In this document: in pieces, positions 9,404-18,938 of the stretch
How positions within the stretch are numbered: the first letter of the stretch is position 1
Layout: every line of letters starts with the position of its first letter
Assembly: GCA_913043225.1 (NCBI GenBank)
Contig: CAJWLU010000015.1
Coordinates: 1-64,000, forward strand
Reading direction: 5' to 3'
DNA length: 64,000 bases
DNA from: an uncultured Acidobacteriota bacterium
GTDB taxonomy: Bacteria; Acidobacteriota; Vicinamibacteria; Vicinamibacterales; UBA8438
Translations under genes and position numbers: made by a program
Notes under the pieces: generated by a model
Databases searched by the model: none
What the model was told of the DNA's origin: nothing
Seen by the model: the letters and a program-made list of their open reading frames with translations, nothing else

Positions 9404-10171
9404 ATGAGACGTAGAGAGATCGTGCGCGCGCTGGTGGTGGCACTGGCGAGTGGCGCGCTGACGGTAACTCCGGTCGTGGCACAACCCGACCCGGTTGAGA
9501 TCATGGAGCGCGTCGACCGATTGCTCCGCGGCGATTCGAGTCGGGGCGTTGCCACTATGGAGGTGGTCACCGAGAACTGGGAGCGCGAGATCACCATGGA
9601 GATGTGGTCGCTCGGTACCGAGTTCTCGCTGGTGCGGGTGCAGGCGCCGGCGCGGGAAGCGGGGACGGCGACGCTGATGGCCGAGGACAACATCTGGAAC
9701 TATCTGCCAAAGGTGGAACGTACCATCAAGATCCCATCATCAATGATGGGCGGCTCCTGGATGGGGTCTCACTTCACCAACGATGACCTGGTGCGGGAGA
9801 GTCAGCTCATAGAGGACTACGACATCGAGATCGCGTTCGCCGGCGACCGTGACGGCGACGACGTGTGGGAGTTCCGCCTGACCCCAAAATCAGAGGCGGC
9901 CGTCATCTGGGGGCATCTCGAGTTTCGGGTGCAGCAGCTTGACTACATGCCGCTATGGTCCCGTTTCTACAACGAGGACGGCGAGTTGGTGCGCACGATG
10001 GAGTACAGCGAGTTTACGGAATTCGCCGGCCGGTTGGTGCCTGCGGTGATGGACATGCAGCCGCACGACAAACCGGGTGAGCGTACGACGATTCGCTACG
10101 AGGAGCTAGAGTTCGACCTCGACATCGACGAGTCGTTCTTCTCGCTGCAGCGGCTGCAGCGGCGGCGCTGA
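9404..10171 (+). CDS. Outer-membrane lipoprotein-sorting (LolA-like) periplasmic protein
   Basis: Signal peptide; APAREAGTATL, WNYLP, SWMGSHFTNDD, FFSLQRL. Confidence 0.85.
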   Translation: MRRREIVRALVVALASGALTVTPVVAQPDPVEIMERVDRLLRGDSSRGVATMEVVTENWEREITMEMWSLGTEFSLVRVQAPAREAGTATLMAEDNIWNYLPKVERTIKIPSSMMGGSWMGSHFTNDDLVRESQLIEDYDIEIAFAGDRDGDDVWEFRLTPKSEAAVIWGHLEFRVQQLDYMPLWSRFYNEDGELVRTMEYSEFTEFAGRLVPAVMDMQPHDKPGERTTIRYEELEFDLDIDESFFSLQRLQRRR

Positions 10172-10186
10172 ACGGGTGCGCGACTG

Positions 10187-11446
10187 ATGGCCGAGTCTCC
10201 CTGGTCTCGTATCGGTTGGCGCAACCTCGGCCGGAACCGCAAGCGCACGGTCCTAACCGCGCTCGGGCTCGCCGTCGGCTTCTTCGCGGTGGTGTTCATC
10301 GTTGGCTGGTCGCAGGGCCTGATGGTGGCAATGGTCGAGAGTGCCACCTCGCTCGTCAGCGGCCAGATCGAGATCCACGACGCCGAGTTCCGGCCCGAAC
10401 GCAGCCTCTACGACACCATCGGCGGTCGGGATGGGACCGACGTAGATGCGATGCTGGCGGCGCTTGACGCTGACCCGGCGGTGGTGGCTGCTGCGCCGCG
10501 GGTCTATGCCGGCGGGCTGGTTAGCTCCGGCGACTCGACGTCGGCCGGGATGCTGATGGGCATCGACGTGGCGCGGGAACTCGGACTCACCCGGTTCCTC
10601 AACGAGTTGCGCGATGGTGCGCTCCCGGAGGCCGGTCGCAACGAGCTACTGGTGGGCGAGGAGATGGCTCGTCAGCTGTCGGTGGCGCCGGGCGATGAGC
10701 TGGTCGTGGTGGCCTCGGGCGCCGACGGCTCGATGGCCAACGACCTGTACACGGTGTCGGGCGTGTTCCGCTCCGGGCTGGTCGAGCTTGATCTGACCTT
10801 CGTGGTACTGCCGATGGGCGACTTGCAGGATCTGGTGGTACTCGACCGGGGACGCATCCACGAGGTGGCGGTGTCGACCGCCGACCCCTGGATTGCCGAG
10901 GCGACGGCCGAGCGGCTGGGCGGCGCGTTTCCCGCCACCGGCCGGCCGCTCGAGGTGGTGCCTTGGCAGGAGCTGAACCCGGCCATGGTCGAATACGTCG
11001 CGCTGGCCGACGCGATGTATTTCGTGATCGTGATCCTGGTGTTCTCCATCGCCATCTTTGGCGTTGCCAACACGATGCTCATGGCGACCTACGAGCGCCG
11101 GCGCGAGTTCGCGGTGATGCTGGCACTAGGCGCCACACCGCGGTCGGTGCGGAGCGTGGTGCTGTACGAGGGGTTGGCCCTAGGGACGCTGAGCCTCGCC
11201 TTGGGTGCGGTCCTGACCTTCCCGTTCATGATCTGGTTCCACGAGGCGCCGCCCGACTTGAGCTGGGCGATGTCAGACGTGACGCTGATGGGGGCGCTGT
11301 TGACCCCCAGCCTGCGGGTCGAGTACGACGTTCCCTTCTGGTGCGGCGCGGCCGCAGCGCTCTTCGTCACGGCACTCCTGGCGGCGCTCTATCCGTCGTG
11401 GCGGGCCTCGCGTGTCCCGCCGGCCGACACCCTGGCGGGGCTGTAG
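10187..11446 (+). CDS. ABC transporter permease (FtsX/MacB/LolC-E type)
   Basis: WRNLGRNRKRT, large periplasmic domain, ERRREFAVMLALG, LYPSWRA. Confidence 0.9.
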   Translation: MAESPWSRIGWRNLGRNRKRTVLTALGLAVGFFAVVFIVGWSQGLMVAMVESATSLVSGQIEIHDAEFRPERSLYDTIGGRDGTDVDAMLAALDADPAVVAAAPRVYAGGLVSSGDSTSAGMLMGIDVARELGLTRFLNELRDGALPEAGRNELLVGEEMARQLSVAPGDELVVVASGADGSMANDLYTVSGVFRSGLVELDLTFVVLPMGDLQDLVVLDRGRIHEVAVSTADPWIAEATAERLGGAFPATGRPLEVVPWQELNPAMVEYVALADAMYFVIVILVFSIAIFGVANTMLMATYERRREFAVMLALGATPRSVRSVVLYEGLALGTLSLALGAVLTFPFMIWFHEAPPDLSWAMSDVTLMGALLTPSLRVEYDVPFWCGAAAALFVTALLAALYPSWRASRVPPADTLAGL

Positions 11447-11447
11447 C

Positions 11448-12740
11448 ATGCCGACTCCACGCCGCGCGATGCACACCGGCGTCATCGTCCAACTGGCGAT
11501 GCGGAATCTTCGTCGGCACCTGCGACGCACCATCCTCACCGCCCTCGTGATGGTCCTCGGCGGGGGGCTGCTGATCTTCGCCTTCAGCCTCGGTGACGGG
11601 ACCCACGAGAACTGGATCGATTCAGGCGTGCGTACTTCCACCGGGCACGTCACCGTCCAGCAGCCGGAGTTCCAGACCAGCCGCAAGATTGAGCACCGGT
11701 TGCCGGCTGATATCCGGAAGCGAGCCGAGACCGTTCTCATCTCGGGGGAGCTCACTGATCAGGTGGTGGCTGTGTCGTCTCGGCTTAGCCTGAGCGCGCT
11801 GGCTAGCTCGGCGGCCGGCGCCCGCCCGGCCCAGATCCTGGCGGTGGATCCGGTGGCCGAGTCAGCGTTCAGCACGCTCGACGAGCAGGTCGTTGAGGGC
11901 CGCTATCTCGAACCAGATGACCGGCTGGCCGCCTACATCGGTGTGGGGCTGGCGGAGAGTCTTGAGCTGAATCTGGGGGCCCGGATGGTGGTGCAGGCGC
12001 AGGACGCCGACGGGGAGATCAGCGGGCAGCTGCTCCGCGTGGTCGGCATCTTCCGCAACGGTGTGCCTGAGGTCGATCAGGGCACCGTCCACATTCCGCT
12101 CGGTATCGCCGGCGAGTGGCTCGGCTCGGGCGAGGACGTCACGAATGTTGGTGTGGTGTTGGCCGACAGCGCGGCGGCGCCGGCCGTCACCGCCTCGGTG
12201 GAGCGGGCGTTGTCCGAGCCGATCGGCCGCGGCGAGGCTCGGGTGATCGGATGGCGCGAGGCGAACCCGGCACTAGCGGCGGCGGTGGCGATCGACGACT
12301 TCGGCAACTACGTCATCTTCGGCATTCTGTTTCTGATTATCGCCTTCGGCATCGTCAACACCGTGCTGATGTCGGTGCTGCACCGGCATCGTGAGTTCGG
12401 GGTGCTGCAGGCGCTTGGACTGACGCCGGGGCAGACCGGGGCCGTGGTGCTGATTGAGGGGCTGACGCTCACCGCGATGAGCGGTTTCATCGGGGTGACT
12501 CTCGGCGGGCTACTCACCTGGTACTTCTTCGGCGATGGGCTCGATTTCTCGGTGCTGATAGGAGAAGAGATGACCTTCTCTGGCGTGGTCATCGACCCGG
12601 TGATGGTGCCCCAGTTCCGCCCTGCCCGTCTGGCGCAGACTCTAGCGTTCATCCTGTTTATCGGCGCTGTCGCGTCGGTGTATCCCGCCCTCCGCGCGAT
12701 GAAACTCGACGTTGCCGAGGCGATGAAGTTCGACCGATGA
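11448..12740 (+). CDS. ABC transporter permease (FtsX/MacB/LolC-E type)
   Basis: MRNLRRHLRRT, NTVLMSV..R.REFGVLQALG, VYPALRA. Confidence 0.9.
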   Translation: MPTPRRAMHTGVIVQLAMRNLRRHLRRTILTALVMVLGGGLLIFAFSLGDGTHENWIDSGVRTSTGHVTVQQPEFQTSRKIEHRLPADIRKRAETVLISGELTDQVVAVSSRLSLSALASSAAGARPAQILAVDPVAESAFSTLDEQVVEGRYLEPDDRLAAYIGVGLAESLELNLGARMVVQAQDADGEISGQLLRVVGIFRNGVPEVDQGTVHIPLGIAGEWLGSGEDVTNVGVVLADSAAAPAVTASVERALSEPIGRGEARVIGWREANPALAAAVAIDDFGNYVIFGILFLIIAFGIVNTVLMSVLHRHREFGVLQALGLTPGQTGAVVLIEGLTLTAMSGFIGVTLGGLLTWYFFGDGLDFSVLIGEEMTFSGVVIDPVMVPQFRPARLAQTLAFILFIGAVASVYPALRAMKLDVAEAMKFDR

Positions 12741-13441
12741 CGACACCCGATACCCTTGCCGTCGAGACCGAACACCTCTGGAAGACCTACACGCAGGAGG
12801 CCGAGGAGGTGCACGCCGTGCACGACGTGTCACTGACCGTCGAGCGCGGTGAGTTTACTGCTTTGGCCGGTCCGTCTGGTTCGGGCAAGACCACGCTGCT
12901 GAACGTCATCGGCGGGCTGACCAGGCCCACCAGCGGCAAGATCCGGGTGGCCGGGCAAGAGCTCACCGACATGTCGAATCAGGAGCTGGCCGAGCTGCGG
13001 CTCGATCAGGTTGGGTTCGTCTTCCAGGCCTACAATTTGCTGCCGGTGCTCACCGCGATGGAGAACGCCGAGTTCCCGATGCTGCTGCAGGCCGTCGACG
13101 CTGCTGAGCGGCGCGCTCGGGTCCAGGCGCTCTTCGAGCGCACCGGCATGGTGGGGTTGGAAGACCGGCGACCAGGGAAGCTGTCGGGTGGGCAGCAGCA
13201 ACGGGTGGCGGTGGTGCGGGCGGTGGCGAGCAAGCCGGCGCTGGTGCTGGCCGACGAGCCGACCGCGAATCTCGATTCGGCCGCCAGCGCGGCGCTGCTC
13301 GACATGATGGTGGAGCTGAACAACGACCTGGGCGTGACGTTCGTTTTTGCCACCCACGACGCTCGGGTGATGGAGCGCTCGCGCCGGCTGGTGCAGATGG
13401 TCGACGGCCGGGTCGATTCAGACGAGATCTGCGCTGTATGA
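12737..13441 (+). CDS. ABC transporter ATP-binding protein (LolD/MacB-like)
   Basis: Walker A GPSGSGKT, LSGGQQQR, ADEPTANLD, ATHD; ATGA overlap with the upstream gene. Confidence 0.95.
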   Translation: MTTPDTLAVETEHLWKTYTQEAEEVHAVHDVSLTVERGEFTALAGPSGSGKTTLLNVIGGLTRPTSGKIRVAGQELTDMSNQELAELRLDQVGFVFQAYNLLPVLTAMENAEFPMLLQAVDAAERRARVQALFERTGMVGLEDRRPGKLSGGQQQRVAVVRAVASKPALVLADEPTANLDSAASAALLDMMVELNNDLGVTFVFATHDARVMERSRRLVQMVDGRVDSDEICAV

Positions 13442-14625
13442 CGAGCCGCGTCGTCCGCGGGCTGCTCCTCGCCGGCCTGGTGCTGGGCGGCGCGTTGCCA
13501 GCCGCGGCGCAGACGTCGTGGCTTTCGGGTTATCTCCAGACGGTTCCCTTCTTTAGCGCGTCCACCGAGATCTCGCCATCGAACGTGGCCGACTTCAGCA
13601 GGCTCCGGCTGTCGATGGAGCCGTCCCTGGGGCCGCTGTCGTTCGAGGTGGCCTATGAACATGCTGCCACGGCGCAGCAGCGAAACAGCCGCGCCGGGTT
13701 CGGTCTGGGTGCCGTCCCCAGCGGGGGCGAGTGGTTCGACCTGGACTGGACCATTACCGAAGGGGACCACGTGCGCTGGCGCCATCGGTTCGACCGGCTG
13801 GCGGTCGCGTGGCGACCGGTCGGGGCGGTTGAGGTGACCGTGGGTCGGCAGGCGGTCTCCTGGGGCACGACCCTTTTCTTGACACCGGCCGACCCGTTTC
13901 TGCCGTTCAACCCCGCCGATCCCTTTCGCCAGTTCCGCGGTGGGGTCGACGCGATGCGTGCGCGGATCTACCCCGGGCCACTCAGTCAGATCGATCTGGT
14001 GGTGCGGCCCAGCGACACCCTGCTCGGTGAGGAGGTTACCGCGCTGGGACGAGGACTGACGTCGATCGGGACCTGGGAGGTCTCCGGTTGGGCCGGCACG
14101 CTCTACGGTGACACGGCTGGCGCCGGGGCGTTCGCGGGCGGTATCGGCGCCTGGGCCGTGCGCGGCGAAGGCGTACTCCGCGAGGTCGACGGGCTGGTCG
14201 TGTTCCGTGGCACCCTTGGTATCGACCGGATCGTGCAGCTGGGCGGACGCGATCTGTTCCTGGTAGCTGAGTATCAGCGGGACAACCTAGCCGCCGCCGG
14301 GCCGGACGGCTATCTCGCGTTGGTACAGTCTGCCCCGTTCCGCCGTGGCGAGTTCCAGGTGCTAGGGCGTGACGAGACGGCGATCCAGGCGTCCTACCAG
14401 GTGCACCCCCTCTGGGCTGTCGCCGGGCTGTGGCTGGTGAACCTGAACGATGGGAGCGCCCTCATTTCGCCCAGTGTTTCCTATTCAGCGTCGAACGACG
14501 TCTCGGTGGGCGCCGGTCTGTACTTCGGTATGGGGAACGACGAGATTACGCCGCTCCGTCCCGTACCGTCCGAGTATGGCCTGGCGGGTCAGACCGGTTA
14601 CATTTCCCTCGCCTGGTTCTTCTAG
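13438..14625 (+). CDS. Exported, probable outer-membrane beta-barrel partner of the ABC system
   Basis: Signal peptide; VGRQAVSWG, GVDA; C-terminal aromatic (LAWFF); ATGA overlap. Confidence 0.7.
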   Translation: MTSRVVRGLLLAGLVLGGALPAAAQTSWLSGYLQTVPFFSASTEISPSNVADFSRLRLSMEPSLGPLSFEVAYEHAATAQQRNSRAGFGLGAVPSGGEWFDLDWTITEGDHVRWRHRFDRLAVAWRPVGAVEVTVGRQAVSWGTTLFLTPADPFLPFNPADPFRQFRGGVDAMRARIYPGPLSQIDLVVRPSDTLLGEEVTALGRGLTSIGTWEVSGWAGTLYGDTAGAGAFAGGIGAWAVRGEGVLREVDGLVVFRGTLGIDRIVQLGGRDLFLVAEYQRDNLAAAGPDGYLALVQSAPFRRGEFQVLGRDETAIQASYQVHPLWAVAGLWLVNLNDGSALISPSVSYSASNDVSVGAGLYFGMGNDEITPLRPVPSEYGLAGQTGYISLAWFF

Positions 14626-14722
14626 GTTTCCTGACAAGCCGTCCGTTTGGTCGGCGTTGCTTTGTTGGTCACAGGCTCCCGCGCCCTCGGCCGCCTACCG
14701 GTACTTGTATCCTGTTGGACCA

Positions 14723-15688
14723 ATGTCGTCCTTAGCGGGCCAGTCCTGGCGTGCCCGACTCCGCACCGAAGAGTTCCTGTTTCTGCTGCTCTTTATCCCT
14801 TCGAGCATCGTTACCGTCTGGGCGAACTATGACCTGTATGCGGGTGGGGTCGATTCTCGCCGTATCCAGGGGGGGCTCCTGCGCCTGGCGATCGTAGTGC
14901 TGCTCGCCATGATTGTCCCGACACTCGACCGCTGGCGGCATCGGCTGCCGTACGGGACCGGCCGCAGCACGGTCGATTTCTTTCGTACGTTTCTGCCCTT
15001 TGTGTTCTGTGTGGCCGTGTACACCAACCTCCATGACACGGTGCGATGGATCAACCCGAACGATATCCATGGGCAGTTGATGCAACTTGAGCAGTGGCTG
15101 TTCGGGTTCCAGCCGGTCGTGTGGGCGGAGCAGTTCATTACCCCGGCGCGCACCGAGTTCTTCAGCTTCTTCTACACGAATTTCTTCGCGCTGACGGTGG
15201 CGGTGTCGAGCGTGCTCTGGGCGCTAGGCCGGCGGCAGCAGTCCAGAGAGACGCTGCTGGGGATCGTGGTCTGCTTCTATTCGGGCTACATCCTCTATCT
15301 CATCTTTCCGGCTGCTCCGCCACGTCTCTACTACGAGGCGATGGGTATGTTCTCGGTCGACCTGGGCGGTGGCGCCATCGCCAGTTTCCAGAACGCCCTG
15401 ATCGCGTTGATGCCCAACGAGGCGTCGCGCGCCGCGTTCCCGAGTCTTCACACCGCCGTCAGTTTCGTGGTGCTCGGCTACGCCTGGAAGTTCTGCCGTT
15501 GGTTGTTCCCGATCCTGCTGGTGTTTGTGCTCGGCTTGCTGGTTTCGACGGTGTACCTCCGTCACCACTACGTTGTGGACCTAATTGCGGGTGCGATGAT
15601 GATTCCCTGGGTGTTCTGGGTGACCCCGCGCATTGACCGGTGGTGGAACCGCTCGGCTAGACCCTACGACCTCGGCGAGCGTCCCTAG
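14723..15688 (+). CDS. PAP2 superfamily membrane enzyme (PAP2_3 / AUR1 IPC-synthase-like)
   Basis: Multi-TM; PAAPPR, AAFPSLH, HHYVVD. Confidence 0.8.
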   Translation: MSSLAGQSWRARLRTEEFLFLLLFIPSSIVTVWANYDLYAGGVDSRRIQGGLLRLAIVVLLAMIVPTLDRWRHRLPYGTGRSTVDFFRTFLPFVFCVAVYTNLHDTVRWINPNDIHGQLMQLEQWLFGFQPVVWAEQFITPARTEFFSFFYTNFFALTVAVSSVLWALGRRQQSRETLLGIVVCFYSGYILYLIFPAAPPRLYYEAMGMFSVDLGGGAIASFQNALIALMPNEASRAAFPSLHTAVSFVVLGYAWKFCRWLFPILLVFVLGLLVSTVYLRHHYVVDLIAGAMMIPWVFWVTPRIDRWWNRSARPYDLGERP

Positions 15689-15752
15689 TGCGCCGGACCA
15701 GCCAAGACGTGGTACTGTCTGAGCGTCCTTTTCATGTAGAGGTACTGGCCCA

Positions 15753-16733
15753 ATGACCACTCGACTGACCGCGTTCGCCGCCGTGGCCGCGCTCGCGCTG
15801 CCCCTGTTTGCCGTTGCTCAAGAGCTCCGGACGCCCCACGGGCACCCGGACATCAGTGGGGTCTGGGACTTCCGGACCGTGACACCGCTCGAGCGGCCCG
15901 AGGAGTTTGCCGATCAGGAGTTCCTCTCGGCCGAGGAGGTGGCCCAGTACGCGGCTGAGCGTGTCCGGGCCAACAACGCCGACCTCGATCGCGAGGAGAA
16001 GAAGCAGATCACGACCGCCCGAGGAGAGGTGAATGGCACCACCGAGACCCGCGATCTTGCTCTGGCCTACAACGACTTCTGGTGGGATCGGGGCACCGAG
16101 GTGGTCGACACCCGCCGGACGTCACTTGTCATCGATCCGCCGAACGGCCGGATTCCGGAGTTGACCGCCGAGGGCGCAGCTCGCCGGGCCGAACGCACGC
16201 GGATCAACCAGCGTCCGACTGAGGGGCCGGAAGACCGTCCCCTGGGCGAGCGGTGCATCACCGGGTTCAACTCGGGTCCGCCGATGCTGCCCGCTGCCTA
16301 CAATATGAACGTGCAAATCTTCCAGACGCCAGACCACGTGGTGCTGCTGAACGAGATGGTGCATAACGCCCGGGTTATCCCGCTCGGTGGCGGCGATCAC
16401 GCCGGCGTGCCGCTCTGGACTGGCGAGTCGCGTGGCCGCTGGGAAGGTGACACCCTGGTGGTCGAGACCAAGAACTTCCTGCGCGAGACTAGCTTCCGCG
16501 ACTCGACCAAGAACCTCCACCTCGTCGAGCGGATTACACGGCAGGACGACGAGACCCTGATCTACGAGTTCACCGTGACCGATCCGTCGACGTGGACGGT
16601 GCCCTGGACGGTCGAGTTGCCTATGCGGAAAAGCGATCTGCCGATGTACGAGTACGCCTGCCATGAGGGTAACTACGGCATGGACGGGACGCTGACCGGC
16701 GCCCGCGCCATCGAAAAGAATCAGGGGCAGTAG
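15753..16733 (+). CDS. Exported conserved hypothetical protein ('PD(I/L)SG.W ... YEYACHEGN' family)
   Basis: Signal peptide; GHPDISGVW, ERC, GESRGRWEGDTLVVET, YEYACHEGN; paralog of 60873..61763. Confidence 0.75.
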   Translation: MTTRLTAFAAVAALALPLFAVAQELRTPHGHPDISGVWDFRTVTPLERPEEFADQEFLSAEEVAQYAAERVRANNADLDREEKKQITTARGEVNGTTETRDLALAYNDFWWDRGTEVVDTRRTSLVIDPPNGRIPELTAEGAARRAERTRINQRPTEGPEDRPLGERCITGFNSGPPMLPAAYNMNVQIFQTPDHVVLLNEMVHNARVIPLGGGDHAGVPLWTGESRGRWEGDTLVVETKNFLRETSFRDSTKNLHLVERITRQDDETLIYEFTVTDPSTWTVPWTVELPMRKSDLPMYEYACHEGNYGMDGTLTGARAIEKNQGQ

Positions 16734-16823
16734 CTGGCTCCGAAGTCCGGACGGCGTTCGCCGTCCAACCGTGCCGGGTCTTCCGACACAGTTGGGCGGC
16801 GGCCCGCCGTTATCACCTGGGGT

Positions 16824-17618
16824 GTGCCTCTCGTGGTCGGCGCCCTGCTGGTCGGCACGCTCTGGACCATCCGTTCATCTTCTCCCTCGCCCTCGGTCTC
16901 ATCAGAACAGCGCGTGGCGCCCGCTGTTGTCCGTAGCCTCCGGGTGAACGTCGAGCGGAAGATCCCCCACGACACCGAAGCCTTCACGCAGGGGTTAGTG
17001 TGGGAGAACGGCGTGCTCTTCGAGAGTACGGGACTCCGAGGAGAGTCCGACCTCCGGCGCGTCGATCCCGCCACTGGTGAGGTGCAGGCGCTCGTCACCA
17101 TCGAGGAGCGGTACTTTGCCGAGGGCCTCGCGCTGGTCGACGATCGCCTCATCATGATCACGCTCGACGAGGAGGAGGCGTTCGTCTTCGATCCGAACAC
17201 ACTCGAGCGGGTGAGTACGTTCAGTTACGAGGGCGCCGGGTGGGGGCTATGCTACGACGGCCAGCGCCTGGTGATGACCGATGGCGGCGACAGGCTGACG
17301 TTTCGCGATCCAGAGACGTTCGCGGACCTGGGCAGCGTGCAGGTCCGGCTGCGGGGACAACCGCTGCGTGAACTGAACGAACTCGAGTGCGTGGGCGGTG
17401 CCGTCTATGCCAATGTCTGGGGCGAGGAATATCTGGTCCGCGTGGATCCCGACACCGGTCGGGTGACCCACCAGATCGACGCCTCGGGGCTGCTTTCTCC
17501 AGAAGAGCGCTCCGGCGCGGACGTACTCAACGGGATTGCCTGGAATCCGGAGCGCGAGACCTTCTACATCACCGGCAAGTGGTGGCCGACGATGTTCGAG
17601 GTCACGTTCGAGGAATAG
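16824..17618 (+). CDS. Glutaminyl-peptide cyclotransferase (type I QC), N-terminally membrane-anchored; true start may be CTG 16734
   Basis: PHD..AFTQGL, ESTG, YFAEGL, EGAGWGL, LNELE, ANVW, DVLNGIA, ITGKWWP. Confidence 0.92.
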   Translation: MPLVVGALLVGTLWTIRSSSPSPSVSSEQRVAPAVVRSLRVNVERKIPHDTEAFTQGLVWENGVLFESTGLRGESDLRRVDPATGEVQALVTIEERYFAEGLALVDDRLIMITLDEEEAFVFDPNTLERVSTFSYEGAGWGLCYDGQRLVMTDGGDRLTFRDPETFADLGSVQVRLRGQPLRELNELECVGGAVYANVWGEEYLVRVDPDTGRVTHQIDASGLLSPEERSGADVLNGIAWNPERETFYITGKWWPTMFEVTFEE

Positions 17619-17623
17619 GGGGC

Positions 17624-18913
17624 CTATTGGCGCTCGGCCACTAGGCGCCGCATCAGCTCGATGGTGTGCGTCGGGGCCTCATATTCCGCTTCGCCGAGAG
17701 GGGTGCGCCCGTGATGGTCCAGCGCTTCGAGATCCGCGCCAGCTTGCACCAGGAACTCTACCGTCTCGTCCTCACCGAACCGGATGGAGATGTGCAGCGC
17801 GCTCGGTTGGCCGGCCGGAGTGACATTTACGTCCAGCCCGAGTTCGGTGACCGCGAGCACCACCGCCTCGTGCTCACGGCTGCGCGAGGCCAGCAGCACC
17901 GCCCCCGCGCCTTCGTTCGAGAGGGCCGAGGCCTCGGCGCCCAACTGGGCCAGCGTTCGCATCGTCTCGGTGTGACCCGCAAGCGCCGCCGTTAGGAACG
18001 GGGTCAGCCCGCTCGTGCGGCGAGCCGCGTTCCCGGTCGGTGCCCCGCTGGTTCTACTCTGGAGGTCAGCGCCTCGCGACACCAGTTCCTCGACAAGATC
18101 GGTTTTGCCTTGCCGTGCGGCGGCATGCAGCGGAGTCGCGCCCTGATCATCGCGGGTCTGCACGTCGGCACCCTGGTCGAGCATCAGGGTCACCACCTCG
18201 TCGTGGCCGCCCGCCAAGGCCAGCAGGAACGGCGTTTGTCCGTCGGGTGCCGCCACGTGCGGGTCGGCGCCGGCCGCGATTAGCGCGCGGGTCGCGGCGG
18301 CGTCGCCCTGCCGGGCCGCGAACAGGATGGGGAGGAACCCGCTGGTCGAACTGGCGTCCACCTGAGCGTCTCGGCGGATCAGGAGCGTTGCGACGTCGGA
18401 GTGTCCGCTTGCGATGGCCCACATCAGTGCGGTCTGGCCCATCCGCGTTTCGCGGGCGTTTACGTCGGCGCCGGCATCGACGAGAAGTTCCGTCAACTCG
18501 GCGTTGCCGCTCCTGGCGGCGGCGAGTAGCGGCGTGTCGCCGCTCCAGCGCGCCACGTCGATGCGCGCGCCGGCGTCGAGCAGTTGGCGGGCGATGGCGA
18601 GATTGCCACGGGCGCTGGCCAGCAGCAGTGGGGTTTCGCCATTCTCGTCCGCGGCGTTCGGATCGGCACCAGCTTCCAGCAGTGCGTTGGCGATCGCGAC
18701 GTCGTCGCGTAGCGACGCCCAGGCCAGAGGGGTGGAGCCGTCCGACCGAGTCACGTTGACGTCGACGCCGTCGGCCAGCAGCCGGCTCACCGCGGCGATG
18801 TCCCGGCGCTGCACCGCGTCGAAGAGCGGGTCGAGGGCCGTTTGTGCACGCAGGGCTCCGGCCGTCAGATGGGCGACCGCGCACGTCGCCAGGAGCGCGC
18901 TAAGGCGTCGCAT
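17624..18913 (-). CDS. Exported ankyrin-repeat protein
   Basis: Signal peptide MRRLSALL...LRA|Q; multiple G.TPL..A...G repeats. Confidence 0.92.
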   Translation of the reverse strand: MRRLSALLATCAVAHLTAGALRAQTALDPLFDAVQRRDIAAVSRLLADGVDVNVTRSDGSTPLAWASLRDDVAIANALLEAGADPNAADENGETPLLLASARGNLAIARQLLDAGARIDVARWSGDTPLLAAARSGNAELTELLVDAGADVNARETRMGQTALMWAIASGHSDVATLLIRRDAQVDASSTSGFLPILFAARQGDAAATRALIAAGADPHVAAPDGQTPFLLALAGGHDEVVTLMLDQGADVQTRDDQGATPLHAAARQGKTDLVEELVSRGADLQSRTSGAPTGNAARRTSGLTPFLTAALAGHTETMRTLAQLGAEASALSNEGAGAVLLASRSREHEAVVLAVTELGLDVNVTPAGQPSALHISIRFGEDETVEFLVQAGADLEALDHHGRTPLGEAEYEAPTHTIELMRRLVAERQ

Positions 18914-18938
18914 GGTGCAATGGTAAACTGTCCGTCCA

